From Candidatus Bathyarchaeota archaeon (GTDB taxonomy: Archaea; Thermoproteota; Bathyarchaeia; Bathyarchaeales; Bathycorpusculaceae), in the NCBI GenBank assembly GCA_963775895.1, contig CAVZKL010000017.1, positions 128,001 through 192,000 of the forward strand: a stretch of DNA of 64,000 nt, written 5' to 3'. The notes below the pieces were generated by a model. The model worked only from the letters and a program-made list of their open reading frames with translations. It made no database searches and was not told the origin of the DNA. How positions within the stretch are numbered: the stretch's first letter is position 1; each line of letters opens with the position of its first letter. Position numbers and translations under genes: made by a program. Of this stretch, positions 1 through 10,501 are shown piece by piece.

Positions 1-98
1 ACCACGCCTATTCCAGCTTCAAGAATTCCTCTCGCGATGGCCTCGTTACCGAGTAGAAGCACCCGTCTCCTGGGAGTGTCTTGAAGCAGCACTCTCAT
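1..98 (-). CDS. iorA: Indolepyruvate:ferredoxin oxidoreductase alpha subunit, N-terminus only (runs off window)
   Basis: Hand translation from ATG at 98 gives MRVLLQDTPRRRVLLLGNEAIARGILEAGIGV; LLGNEAIARG is the IorA N-terminal signature. Confidence 0.8.
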   Translation of the reverse strand, partial: MRVLLQDTPRRRVLLLGNEAIARGILEAGIGV

Positions 99-264
99 GT
101 CTGGCAATAAACTTCTCCTCAGACTGATCAGAAAGTTCTGACAGTCTGTGTCTTTCACATATAGCTTTTGGTGAAGATAAGTTGATACGTTATATCGAAA
201 TGGGCAAACCGAAAGTATTATTAAAATCCAGACAAGATAACTGCAACCTCTCGAGGTTTACATC

Positions 265-1710
265 ATGTCTATAAAATTATCTACTGGTGAAGAGTTCCCA
301 ATAGAAATGCACAAGACACGAATGGTTCAAAAAATCCAGTTAGTGCCCGTTGACGAACGTCTAAAAGCCATGGAGGAAGCAGGCTACAACACGTTTCTAC
401 TCAAGACCAAGGACATCTTTCTCGACATGCTCACGGACAGCGGCGTAAACGCAATGAGCGACAACCAGTTTGCTGCCATGATGCGAGTTGATGACGCTTA
501 CGCGGGAAGCATGACTTTCTACGAGTTCGCCAAAGCAGTGGACGATGTTCTGGGATACAAGCACGTGATGAACGTCCACCAAGGAAGAGCAGCCGAACAC
601 CTTCTCGCAAAAGTCTTCGCCAAACCCGGCGGCGTAGTCCCCACAAACTACCACTTCACCACGACTCGGGCACATATTGAGCTTCAAGGAATGCAAGTTC
701 TGGAAATCTATTATGATGAAGCATTGAAGACTGAGAGCACCAATCTATTCAAAGGATGCATGGACCCGCAGAAACTCAAGAACGTGATCAAAAAGTACGG
801 AAAAGACAAAATCGGCTTCGTTCGAATGGAGGCAACCACTAACCTGATCGGTGGGCAACCCTTCTCCATGAAGAACCTCAAGGAGATAAAGCAGATCTGT
901 ACGGAAAACGGACTGCTTCTGGTACTGGATGGAAGCCTGATTGCAGAAAATTGCTATTTGATAATGAAACGTGAAAAGGGATACGAAAACAAAACGGTTG
1001 CAGAAATAGCCAGGGAAATGTGCAGCATTCCTGACATCTTCTACATGAGCGGAAGAAAGAACACGTGCGTCAGAGGTGGTTGCATTGGAACGAATAATCT
1101 GAAACTCTTCGAACTGATACAACCTTGGCTTCCTGTGTACGAAGGCTTCTTTACGTACGGTGGTATGTCCATGCGCGAGATCGGCGCGATGGCCGTTGGA
1201 ATGAGGGAGATGGTGGATCCTGAAGTTGCTGGATGTTCAGTTGAGCAAATCAAATACTTTGTCAATAAACTTTCTAAAGCTGGAATTCCAGTTGTCACTC
1301 CGCCGGGTGGATTGGCGTGCCATCTCGACGCGATGAGATTCTTGCCTCATGTTCCACAACCGCAGTACCCCGCAGGAGCTCTGGCCGCGGCGCTTTACAT
1401 TTCCTCAGGAATCAGAAGTATGGAAAGAGGAACCATTTCGGTCGACAGAGACAAAGACACTGGAAAGGAAATCATGGCAGACATTGAACTGACTAGACTC
1501 GCATTACCTAGAAGAGTGTACTCGGTGTCGCATATTGAATACGCAATCGATAGAATAAAGTGGTTGTATGCACACCGAAAACTTGTGAAAGGTTTGAAAT
1601 TCGTGTCCGAACCACCAGTGCTCAGGTTCTTCCTCGGAAAACTCCGAGCCCTAGACAACTGGGGAAAAGACCTGTCCGAAACCTACAAGAAAGAAATGGG
1701 CCAGCTTTAA
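265..1710 (+). CDS. tpl: PLP beta-eliminating lyase, tyrosine phenol-lyase-like (tryptophanase family)
   Basis: Motifs DMLTDSG, DDAYAGS, HQGRAAE, MSGRK (PLP Lys) and TYGGM; TPL-type residues in HFTTTR, SMERG and LRFF. Confidence 0.8.
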   Translation: MSIKLSTGEEFPIEMHKTRMVQKIQLVPVDERLKAMEEAGYNTFLLKTKDIFLDMLTDSGVNAMSDNQFAAMMRVDDAYAGSMTFYEFAKAVDDVLGYKHVMNVHQGRAAEHLLAKVFAKPGGVVPTNYHFTTTRAHIELQGMQVLEIYYDEALKTESTNLFKGCMDPQKLKNVIKKYGKDKIGFVRMEATTNLIGGQPFSMKNLKEIKQICTENGLLLVLDGSLIAENCYLIMKREKGYENKTVAEIAREMCSIPDIFYMSGRKNTCVRGGCIGTNNLKLFELIQPWLPVYEGFFTYGGMSMREIGAMAVGMREMVDPEVAGCSVEQIKYFVNKLSKAGIPVVTPPGGLACHLDAMRFLPHVPQPQYPAGALAAALYISSGIRSMERGTISVDRDKDTGKEIMADIELTRLALPRRVYSVSHIEYAIDRIKWLYAHRKLVKGLKFVSEPPVLRFFLGKLRALDNWGKDLSETYKKEMGQL

Positions 1711-1750
1711 AGCCCTCTTCTACCTCTTTTTCGCCGCTCCTATGATTTTT

Positions 1751-2413
1751 TCAAAGCTTCAGCTTCTTCAACTGCTCAAGAATGTCTTCGACAGCCATTT
1801 CAGGAGTTGTTTCAAGGCTCTCGGCCTTGAAATCCACAAAGGGCACTTTTTTCTCCAAGTAGTATTTGAGAATTGGCTCGGTCTGACGTTCATAGACCCC
1901 TATTCGTTCTTTGATAACCTGAGGCGTATCATCGGAACGTTGGTAAAGCGGCCCACCGCATTTATCGCATATTCCTTCGACCTTAGGTTTAAGAAATCTA
2001 GTGTTATACACTTGTCCACAGTTTTTGCATATTCTTCGACTTGACAGTCTCTCAATGATAATCCAGTCTGGAACCGTCAGTTTGATGACGCCATCGATTT
2101 TTGTGAGCTTGTCCAACTCCTTGGCCTGCTCGATCGTTCTAGGAAAGCCGTCAAGTATGAAGCCTTTCTTGTTCGAAAGGCGAGACATGCGCTCCCGAAG
2201 TACTTGAATGACAACCTCGTCTGGAACCAGTTGTCCCTTTTCAACATATCCCTTCACTTTCTTTCCAAGTGAGCTATCCTCTTTCATAATCTCTCGAAGC
2301 ATGTCTCCAGTGGCAAACACGTCAACACCAAGTTCTGCTTGCAAGCGAGATGCGTAAGTTCCCTTGCCCGAGCCTGGCGGACCAAAGATGATGAGCTTCA
2401 TCGTTTTCACCAT
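1751..2413 (-). CDS. adk: Adenylate kinase (bacterial type, Zn-binding LID)
   Basis: GPPGSGKGT, TGDMLR, GFILDGFPRT, CKNC..CDKC LID, QRSDD. Confidence 0.95.
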   Translation of the reverse strand: MVKTMKLIIFGPPGSGKGTYASRLQAELGVDVFATGDMLREIMKEDSSLGKKVKGYVEKGQLVPDEVVIQVLRERMSRLSNKKGFILDGFPRTIEQAKELDKLTKIDGVIKLTVPDWIIIERLSSRRICKNCGQVYNTRFLKPKVEGICDKCGGPLYQRSDDTPQVIKERIGVYERQTEPILKYYLEKKVPFVDFKAESLETTPEMAVEDILEQLKKLKL

Positions 2414-2458
2414 GTTACAGCGTCTGTTTGCTTAGTACCACAGATTTTTCAGTGGAGC

Positions 2459-3241
2459 CTACTTACCCTTGAAAACTGGCTTTCTTTTTTCTGTGAAGGC
2501 TGAGACTCCTTCTTTGAGGTCTTCGCTGGACCCTACAACTCCAAAGCCTTCGCGTTCAAGAGCCAAAGCTGACTCTAGACCTGTGTCACTGCCTCTGTTG
2601 ATCAACGCCTTAGCAACTTTGATTGCCACCGGCGCTTTTGAAGCCAAGTCTTGGGCAAACTGGCGGACGGTTTCCCTGAATTTGTCCGCGGGCACGACCG
2701 CGTTTACGATTCCAATCTGTTCAGCCGTTTTTGCATCTATGATCCTTCCTGTGAAAACCATTTCTTTCGCCTTAGTCATGCCCACAAGTCGGGTCAGTCT
2801 TTGCGTGCCACCCCAGCCAGGGATGAGTCCGAAATTGATTTCTGTCTGCCCCATTTTGGCGTTTTCCGAGGCTATTCGAAGGTCGCATGCCATCGCAACT
2901 TCTAAACCGCCGCCCAAAGCGTAGCCGTTGATTGCGGCCACTATTGGTTTTTCAAGATTTTCTAGGCTCGTGCACAGTCTCTCACCCATGAGCGACAGTT
3001 CTCTCGCCTTGAGGGCCGTCATTCCAGTCATGGCCTTTATGTCGGCGCCTGCCGAGAAGGCTTTTTCGCCTGCTCCAGTCAACACAACGGCTCGGATTGC
3101 TTCGTCGGTTTTGATGTCGCCCAGCGCATCGAGGATTTCTTCTACGACTTCTTTGCTGAAAGCGTTAAGTGCTTCAGGACGGTTCAGTGTTATTGTGGCT
3201 ACGCCGCCGCTCTTTTCATAGATTATGTACTTGAATTCCAT
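2459..3241 (-). CDS. Enoyl-CoA hydratase (crotonase)
   Basis: LNRPEALNA, FSAGADI, GGGLE and PGWGGTQRL motifs. Confidence 0.93.
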   Translation of the reverse strand: MEFKYIIYEKSGGVATITLNRPEALNAFSKEVVEEILDALGDIKTDEAIRAVVLTGAGEKAFSAGADIKAMTGMTALKARELSLMGERLCTSLENLEKPIVAAINGYALGGGLEVAMACDLRIASENAKMGQTEINFGLIPGWGGTQRLTRLVGMTKAKEMVFTGRIIDAKTAEQIGIVNAVVPADKFRETVRQFAQDLASKAPVAIKVAKALINRGSDTGLESALALEREGFGVVGSSEDLKEGVSAFTEKRKPVFKGK

Positions 3242-3258
3242 AGAATCTCACTCCACGT

Positions 3259-4134
3259 CTATTTCTGCGTCCAGTCGTAGAAGCCTTTTCCGGATTTTCT
3301 TCCGAGCATCTGCGCTCTGACCATCTGTTTCAAGCCTACAGTGGCATGGAACTTCGGGTCGAGCTCTTTTGTCAAGACGTCAGCGATGGACAAAGTTGTG
3401 TCCAGACCAATGTAGTCCAGTAGTGTCAAGGGACCCATGGGCCAGTTTAACCCAAGTTTTATCGCCTTGTCAATGTCTTCTTTCTCAGCGACTCCCTCCC
3501 AGTACAGAGCGACGGCCTCATTCAAGGCGGGGATTAAGATACGGTTGACTATGAACCCCGGACTGTCCTTTTTCACGAGAACTGTTTCCTTCTCCATCTT
3601 GTGAGCAACGGCCAAGACTGTTTCGACCGTTTGGTCTGATGTCTTGGCTCCTCTGATGACCTCGACGAGTTTCATCAGTTGCGGCGGGTTGAAAAAGTGC
3701 ATTCCGCACACTTTTTCAGGACGTTTGGTGGCTGACGCCATTTCCGTGATACTCACAGAAGAAGTGTTGGAAGCAATAATCGCATGGGATGGAGCATAAC
3801 CGTCAACTTCTCTAAAGGTGGTTTTCTTCAGTTCGATGTTCTCAGGTATTGCCTCAATCACTAGATCGGCGTTTGAAACCGCTTCCTTCAGACTGAGCAT
3901 AGGATGAACCCTTCCCAGAATCGCCTTCATGTCCGCGTCTGAAAGTTGTCCTTTCTTGACGAATCGTTGAAGACTGTCGTTTATCATGCCCATGCCTCCA
4001 TCGATAAACCTTTGTTCAACGTCACGGATGTTGACCTCGTACCGTCCAACTTGGGCTGCTACTTGAGCTATTCCGTGTCCCATCAGACCTGCGCCCAAAA
4101 CTGCGACTGTTTTGATTTCCGTCAATTTCATCAC
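3259..4134 (-). CDS. hbd: 3-hydroxyacyl(butyryl)-CoA dehydrogenase
   Basis: GAGLMGHGIAQ, EAIPE, SNTSS, GMHFFNP, GFIVNR, PMGPL. Confidence 0.92.
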   Translation of the reverse strand: MMKLTEIKTVAVLGAGLMGHGIAQVAAQVGRYEVNIRDVEQRFIDGGMGMINDSLQRFVKKGQLSDADMKAILGRVHPMLSLKEAVSNADLVIEAIPENIELKKTTFREVDGYAPSHAIIASNTSSVSITEMASATKRPEKVCGMHFFNPPQLMKLVEVIRGAKTSDQTVETVLAVAHKMEKETVLVKKDSPGFIVNRILIPALNEAVALYWEGVAEKEDIDKAIKLGLNWPMGPLTLLDYIGLDTTLSIADVLTKELDPKFHATVGLKQMVRAQMLGRKSGKGFYDWTQK

Positions 4135-4275
4135 CCATCATTTTAGAATTAGTAACTCGACCGTTTTTGCTAAAAAGGTTTTCCAGCTATGTATTGAGAA
4201 AGATATCTCAATCTGAGCAGCAAAAGGAATCTATTCGACTCTGCACTCATTGACTGTCTTCGAAAAGTTGGAATG

Positions 4276-5804
4276 TCAGAAGATGAAGTCTTTGCTGAGC
4301 CACTCTGGGTACCACTTCAATTTTTCCAAAGGTTCAGCTTTTCGCAGTCCGTTGTACGTTGCTTTTGCAAGGACAATTGTTTTCTTCGAGTTACGGTAGA
4401 GCTTGACGAGTTCTTTTGATTCTAGTTTCATCAGAATTTCATCGAGTTTCTCATCATTTGCATCGTTGAGTCTTTCCTTGAGATCCTCCCTGGACATGTA
4501 GAGGCCTGGGTTCACCACGTAGTCTTCGGTGAGAATTTTCAGCAGGTTTTCTTCGGTTGGCTCACGTTTCAGCGGTGATTCAGCCGTTGAGATTGGAACC
4601 TTGATCTTCTTGTTCAATTGCCTGTGGGGCATTTTCAGGTCTTCGGCCATGTCTTTAAGTCCGCCACGGAGTATTACGAGTCTCATGATATCGTTGGTTC
4701 CGGCTCCGATTTGGTTGACTTTTGCATCGCGGAGGTACGTTTCGACAGGATAGAATCTTGTCCAACCGTCTCCTCCCATGACCTGGATCGCGTTGCTGAC
4801 GAGTCTCTCATATGTCTCTGAAGTGAACATTTTTGCGTTTGCAGCTTCGACCATCGCGTCTTCGTGCTCGTCCAGCAGGTGTGCAGCATGATACACCAGT
4901 AGTCTTGAAGTGTACAGTTGTGAGATCATCTCGGCTATCTTCGCTTGGTTTGTCGGGAGATCTGAAGTGGGCTTGTCGAACTGCATTCTTCTCTGCGATA
5001 AGTCACTGCGTGCCGTATGGATTCTCTCATCGGTCCAAGCATTCCGGCGGAATATACGACGCGTTCGAAATTCAAGCCTGCCATCATCACTTTCCAACCT
5101 GCGCCCTCGGGTCCAATGCAATTTTCAGCAGGAACTTTGACGTTGTCAAAGTCTAAGAACCCATTTGGAAGGCCGATCCACCCTGACAGTTCGTTGATTT
5201 TTTCAATCGAAAAGCCAGGTGTCTTCTTTTCGACGAGAAACGCGGTCAAGTGTTGATATTTCGTTCTGTCTTCCGGCTTCTCACTTGATCTCGCGTAAAC
5301 TACGTAGATGTCTGCGAGTCCCGCGTTGGTGATGAAACGTTTTTTTCCGTTCAGAACGTAGTTTTCTCCTTCACGTTTGGCCATCGTTTCGATTCCAGCG
5401 GCGTCGGAGCCCACAAAAGGTTCGGTGATGCATACCGCTCCCACGAGCTCGCCTTTGGCTATTCTTGGAAGCCATTTACTTTTCTGCTCTTCAGTGCCGA
5501 AACTCAATAGTTGTTCAACTCCGCCGAACATTGATACCGAATACGCTTCTGAAAGCGCTGAGCAGACTCTGCTAAGCTCTTCTGCAATTATGCTTGTTCC
5601 AGTGACTTTTGCGTCCATTCCACCATATTTCTCGGGGATGACGGCTCCAAACCATCCTTTATGAGCGACCTGTCTCAACAAATCTGTGGGGAACTCCTTC
5701 GTCCAGAAAACTTCCTCGCCTTGAGGGATGCTCTTATCAGCGAAGGCTTTTGCTTCTTCCATTAAGGCCTTTTGCTTGTCATTCCACCATGAATATGCTT
5801 CCAT
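4276..5804 (-). CDS. Acyl-CoA dehydrogenase (IVD/LCAD-type active site) with C-terminal wHTH-like extension; apparent frameshift near 4998
   Basis: ITEPFVGSD, NGKKRFITN and GLNFER in ORF 4935-5804; RMQF, AIQVMGGDG and RDAKVNQIGAGT in overlapping ORF 4276-5121. Confidence 0.88.
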
Positions 5805-6117
5805 AATCGTGCACCTGAAGTGATATTGACTGGTGGCTCAATGGAATTTTAAACTTTCGCTGTGCGAGAAAACGTGTTCTCGCGCGCGCGAAAAACTATG
5901 CCAAGGAAAACTGTGACCACAAAACCTGTGAATGCTCCAAGCATTACGCTGCCCATGGTCACACCAGAATCGCTAATTGAATGTGGGAACTAAAGAATTT
6001 CGCCTTCTTACGGACAACCCCAGGTCTAGCGTTTATTCGTCGAATGCTCGATCATATCAAATCTTATATGATTGACGCGAGAATAGAAGAATAGCCTAGG
6101 TCTGCCACGTTCGGATT

Positions 6118-7455
6118 GTGTCTTGTATGAGAAAGACCATTTTCAAGAAACTCGAAGCCCAAGGCCTGATTACAAATTATAATCACATGAGAAAAAACTT
6201 GCCTCCGAAACTTCCAGAAAAAGTTTTCATCTGGGATGAGACAATCTATGAAGGTGCTCAGACTCCAGCTGTTTTTCTGACCTACGTTGAAAAGGTCAAA
6301 CTGGCGAAGATGATGGACGAAATGGGCGTTTCGGTGATAGAGGTCGGTTTCCCAGGTCTTTCGGAGCAGGAGAAAACAACCGTCAAGAAAATTGCAAACG
6401 AAGGTTTTCAACAATCAAGCATTGCGGCTTCTTCACGCATAATGAAGAGCGACATCGATGCATGCCTTGACTGCGGCATAAGAGACATATCAATCGTAAC
6501 CGCATTCAACGGGCTTCAGCTTCAGAACAGGCTTAAAATGAAGAAAACCGAAGTGCTGCAGAAGACTGTTGAAAGCGTCGAATACGCAAAGAAGCATGGG
6601 GCAAGAGTCATTCTCGTTCTCGAAGATGGATCGCGCACGCCTCTGGAGAACATGCTGGAGATTTTCGAAGCAACGGTGAGAGTTGGCGCTGACCGACTGG
6701 TTATCGCAGACACCGTTGGGTTTCTGAGACCGCTGTCGATGCGCTACCTCATCTCACACGTCAGAGACGAACTGAACGGACGCGTGAAGAAACAAGTTCC
6801 TCTAGCCGTCCATTGCCACAACGACTTCGGGCTCGCCACTGCAAACACGCTAGCGGCTGTCGAGGAGGGCGTAACTTACCTGCATACATGCGTGGCTGGT
6901 TTTGGCCAGAGAGCAGGCTGTGCGCCTTTGGAGGAAGTCACCACGGCTCTGGAGCTACTTTACGACGTGGACACCGGAGTGGACCTCGGAAAACTGTTCA
7001 GACTCTCGCAGATGGTGGAAAAGGCCTTCGCGATGCCCATTCAATTCCACAAACCTATCATCGGTGAGAACGCTTTCTCCTATGAGATGGACGAAAACAC
7101 TAAGACAATGCTGTCAAACCCGATCGTGGATGAGCCTTTCCCACCCGAAATCATCGGCAGAGAAACAACGTTTCACATGGGCAGACGAACGGGAAAACGT
7201 GTCGTCGAGGACCGATTGAAGATCGCTGAAATAAACGCCACGCCGATTCAGATAGACGACATCGTGAAAAGAATCAGGGGAGCACAAGAGTCTTTGGACA
7301 AGGGTGAGGCCCAAATGACCTTCTACCAGGTCAAGAAACTCATGAAGGAAATGAGGAAAAGCCTTACTGAGGAAGAATTTTGGAGAATTGTCGAACAAGT
7401 TACAAAGCAGAAGCCTAAGCTGCCACAGCCGCCAGGTTCCGCGGCCCCCGCTTAG
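6118..7455 (+). CDS. LeuA/homocitrate synthase family DRE-TIM protein with degenerate active-site motif
   Basis: IEVGFP, IADTVG, HCHNDFGLATAN, KPIIGENAF; DETIYEGAQ where DxTLRDGxQ is expected. Confidence 0.8.
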   Translation: MSCMRKTIFKKLEAQGLITNYNHMRKNLPPKLPEKVFIWDETIYEGAQTPAVFLTYVEKVKLAKMMDEMGVSVIEVGFPGLSEQEKTTVKKIANEGFQQSSIAASSRIMKSDIDACLDCGIRDISIVTAFNGLQLQNRLKMKKTEVLQKTVESVEYAKKHGARVILVLEDGSRTPLENMLEIFEATVRVGADRLVIADTVGFLRPLSMRYLISHVRDELNGRVKKQVPLAVHCHNDFGLATANTLAAVEEGVTYLHTCVAGFGQRAGCAPLEEVTTALELLYDVDTGVDLGKLFRLSQMVEKAFAMPIQFHKPIIGENAFSYEMDENTKTMLSNPIVDEPFPPEIIGRETTFHMGRRTGKRVVEDRLKIAEINATPIQIDDIVKRIRGAQESLDKGEAQMTFYQVKKLMKEMRKSLTEEEFWRIVEQVTKQKPKLPQPPGSAAPA

Positions 7456-7610
7456 TTCTTCTCACGTAGGCATGTTTTTCGAAGAGTTCTTGCGTCCAAT
7501 GAATCCTCAGTCTTTCCCTCTCCTACTGTTGCCCTCTGACTCTGTCGATCTTTCCAGGTTGACGCTACGAAGAGAACCACAGATAACGTGGATTTAATGA
7601 AGCGCGTCGA

Positions 7611-8399
7611 CTACTTCGTTCTCGGTATGTATATTCCGGTGGGGTCAATTGCCCTCAGCAGTTCCAACTCTTCGAGCGTCGGAAGTTCTGTGGTTGGAAC
7701 GTTTTGAGGGGTTTTCAGGTCGAAGCTTGAGTTCTCAACGACTTGTTCAACCGTTACACCCGGGTGCACGGTGGCCAGTCTTATGCGTTTTGTGTGCGGG
7801 TCAAAATCCATCTGACAGAGGTTGGTGACTACTAATGAGGGTCCGCCGCCCACTAAACCTGCCTTTTCTCTGGCTCCAGGTCCGTCGAGGAAACCGGGAC
7901 TTGTCAGGTAATCGAGCTTGTTGACCATTTTCCTCTTTTCGTGGGGCATTATGACGACTATGCGTTTGGCTGAAGAGACCATGTCGTTTCCTCCGCCGCT
8001 TCCTGGCAGTCTGACCGTTGGTTTCTCGAAGCTTCCGATGTACGTGGTGTTGATGTTTCCGTACGCGTCGATCTGGGCTGCACCGACGAACCCCAGGTCC
8101 ACGTGTCCTCCTTGAACCATGAGCCCAAGCGTTTCGAGCAGTCCGATTGCTCCTGACGCTCGCCAGCCAAGTCTTGAATCGGCGATGGACAAGGCCAAAT
8201 CTTTCGCGTTCGAATCTATGAAACCCGATTCAAAAACGATCTTCGCTCGAGGCGCATGAGTTCGTTTGGCCAGGAGTGAAGCAACCATGGGGAGCCCCGT
8301 TCCGACGAACACCACTTCCCCGTTCTTTATCTGTCGCGAGCCGCAAACGGCCATCAGTTCCAGAGTGCTGAACTCGCTTGGTTTTGCAAGTCTTGACAT
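7611..8399 (-). CDS. Family I CoA-transferase beta subunit (glutaconate/3-oxoadipate CoA-transferase B-like)
   Basis: VFVGTGLP, catalytic FESG, GAAQIDAYGNIN, RLPGSGGGND. Confidence 0.88.
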   Translation of the reverse strand: MSRLAKPSEFSTLELMAVCGSRQIKNGEVVFVGTGLPMVASLLAKRTHAPRAKIVFESGFIDSNAKDLALSIADSRLGWRASGAIGLLETLGLMVQGGHVDLGFVGAAQIDAYGNINTTYIGSFEKPTVRLPGSGGGNDMVSSAKRIVVIMPHEKRKMVNKLDYLTSPGFLDGPGAREKAGLVGGGPSLVVTNLCQMDFDPHTKRIRLATVHPGVTVEQVVENSSFDLKTPQNVPTTELPTLEELELLRAIDPTGIYIPRTK

Positions 8400-8414
8400 G
8401 ATTCTTTCTCCCTC

Positions 8415-9353
8415 CTAGTACGGAAAAGGTCTTCTCGCCTTCAGCTTCATGAGCCGCTGTAATCCTATTTTCTGCAAGAATTCGTCGTGGTTCTCGACGC
8501 TCGTTATGAAGTTCTCGCAGTACTTTTGCCATCCTTCTTCGGTTTTGCACTGATCGTAGTACATGCGGACGTGTTCCATGTCGTAGTCGTAATAATTGTA
8601 GACCATCATGGGATAGGAGCCCCATGGGCGTTCCACGACGTGCGTAACGTAAATGTTGGGGATGACGGTCTGGTCTGGTTGGGACCTTATGAATTCCGTG
8701 TCCACGATTTCTTCGGTCAAAACTATGACCTTTTTTCCCGCCCTGGCGCCTTCAACGTCTTCTCCCTTGATTCCGTCTATTTGCACGTTCCCTTCACGGT
8801 CTACTCGTGAAGCGTGGACTATGCTGAAATCGGGGCGGATTGAAGGCACGAGCACAACCTTCTCTCCTGTGAAGGGGCAATGGATCACTTCTGCCTTCTT
8901 CTCCCTGAACTTCTTTTTCGCAAGCATGTCGGTGCCCAGCATGCTCTTCAACGGCATGAAAGGCACGCCAAGGGCACCGCCTAACAGGCGCATGACCATC
9001 GCCAGGTTTGAGTAATCTTCGATTTCAATGGTTCCATCCTTGATTCTTCTCTGAATGTTGGGGACGAGACCTATTCCTTCGATCGCGTAGAAAGCCAGTT
9101 CGTAGCGTGAGGCAACTCTTGCGCCTGAAAGTATGTCAAGGTCCAATTCCGAGCCACAGGTGTAGATTGTTAAGCCTCTTTTCTTCTGTCGGACCAACTC
9201 GTGTGCAAAAGCCATGGGTGGACGTTGGAAGCCGAAACCGCCCCAGAAAAGGTGAGCGCCATCGGGAACGAGTTTCACGGCTTCTTGGAGCGTTATCAAT
9301 TTGTCTTCTACAGGGGATGCCAATTGAATGTCTCCCGCCGTTTGGCTCTGCAT
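8415..9353 (-). CDS. Family I CoA-transferase alpha subunit (GctA-like)
   Basis: EAVKLVPDG, GGF..RPPMA, IEDYSN, GVPFMP, LGTD, CPFTGE; adjacent to the beta subunit. Confidence 0.88.
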   Translation of the reverse strand: MQSQTAGDIQLASPVEDKLITLQEAVKLVPDGAHLFWGGFGFQRPPMAFAHELVRQKKRGLTIYTCGSELDLDILSGARVASRYELAFYAIEGIGLVPNIQRRIKDGTIEIEDYSNLAMVMRLLGGALGVPFMPLKSMLGTDMLAKKKFREKKAEVIHCPFTGEKVVLVPSIRPDFSIVHASRVDREGNVQIDGIKGEDVEGARAGKKVIVLTEEIVDTEFIRSQPDQTVIPNIYVTHVVERPWGSYPMMVYNYYDYDMEHVRMYYDQCKTEEGWQKYCENFITSVENHDEFLQKIGLQRLMKLKARRPFPY

Positions 9354-9452
9354 AGATTAATCCTCAGCATTTAGACTTTTCGACGAACAAAAACAGCGGA
9401 AACCAGCGTTCTTTCAAATGGAAAATGGAGACAGTTTGGTTTTTTTGCGAGT

Positions 9453-10501
9453 CTAGCCATTCCGTGTTTTCTTCACTTCGAGTGCCAGTTCGCTTTGAGT
9501 CCTTGAAACTTCGTTTCGGGTCAATTTCCTCGCGTAGTTGTAGATCGGGACCTCCAGGTCTTTCATTGTAGTAGGGCCTGTTGCAACCCGGGCATCCGGA
9601 CGTGACGAAAGGCTTGCCGGTTCTGATCACGCGTCGAAGCGTCTGCACGATCAACTCCGAAGCCTATGAGGCGGTCTCCATCAAACTCCATTCCTTCGTA
9701 CCTCGCTGTTCCGTGCAGAATCAGGTAACGTGCAACTTGAATCCGCCTGTACAGCGTGACTTCAGGGGGCGTTTTCTTGGCCAATGCTGTCCCTGGAACG
9801 GGCGTGAACGCGAAGAGTCCTGGAAGAACACCCATGTCGACACAGTCCTGAATCGTCTTGATCATCTGCTTCTCGGTTTCTCCGATGCCGACGATCAGGT
9901 GCGTGCTGACCATTTTTTTTCCGAAGACTTCTACAGCGTCCCTGAGGAGTTGCAGTTGTCTTTCCCAGCTGTATGGACCGCCTGCGTCGGGGCCTTTGAT
10001 CTTGTTGAAGACCTCTTTCGTTGCGGCGTCCAACGGTATGCCTATTCGCTGCGTTCCGGCCTTTGCCAACGTGAACGATGTCTTCTCTTCTCATGGGCTG
10101 GCATGACACCGAGATTGGCATTCGGGTCAGCGAATGGGTTGCTCGAACCAGAGCGACGAGATCCTCGAACACTCCGGGATAATTCAATGCTTGAATGCAG
10201 ACTCTCTCGATTTCTCCTCTCTTTCGAGCTCCTTCTATTTCCTCGAGAACTTTTTTCGTTGGATAGGTTGGCCAGGAGACTCTTGAGAGCATGTCCGTTT
10301 TGCTGCTGCTCTCTCTGGCTGCGGGCAGAAACCACAGTTTGCTGTGCACTTCTCCTTTCTGTAGGTCATCAAGTAAGCCGTTGTGGGTGGAGCGTCCAGT
10401 TTGGTCTTCAAGAGGCCCAGCACTGCGGCGGAACCAACGGAAACGCGAATGAATTCGGGCAGGAAATCGTCTTTGATCATGAGTTCTCGCGCGTTCTCCA
10501 T
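9453..10501 (-). CDS. lipS2: Radical SAM protein, archaeal lipoyl synthase subunit LipS2-like; several apparent frameshifts
   Basis: CTANCGFC cluster motif, LSRVSWP, HLIVGIGE, LFAFTP and TSGCPGCNRP (LipS2 signature) spread over consecutive frames; joined stop at 9453. Confidence 0.75.

Noticed and set aside
265-1710. Tryptophanase (tnaA) call
   Set aside because: Specificity positions match tyrosine phenol-lyase rather than tryptophanase
1751-2413. Bacterial-type adenylate kinase as evidence of recent transfer or contamination
   Set aside because: This type occurs in several archaeal lineages, and the gene sits seamlessly among archaeal genes
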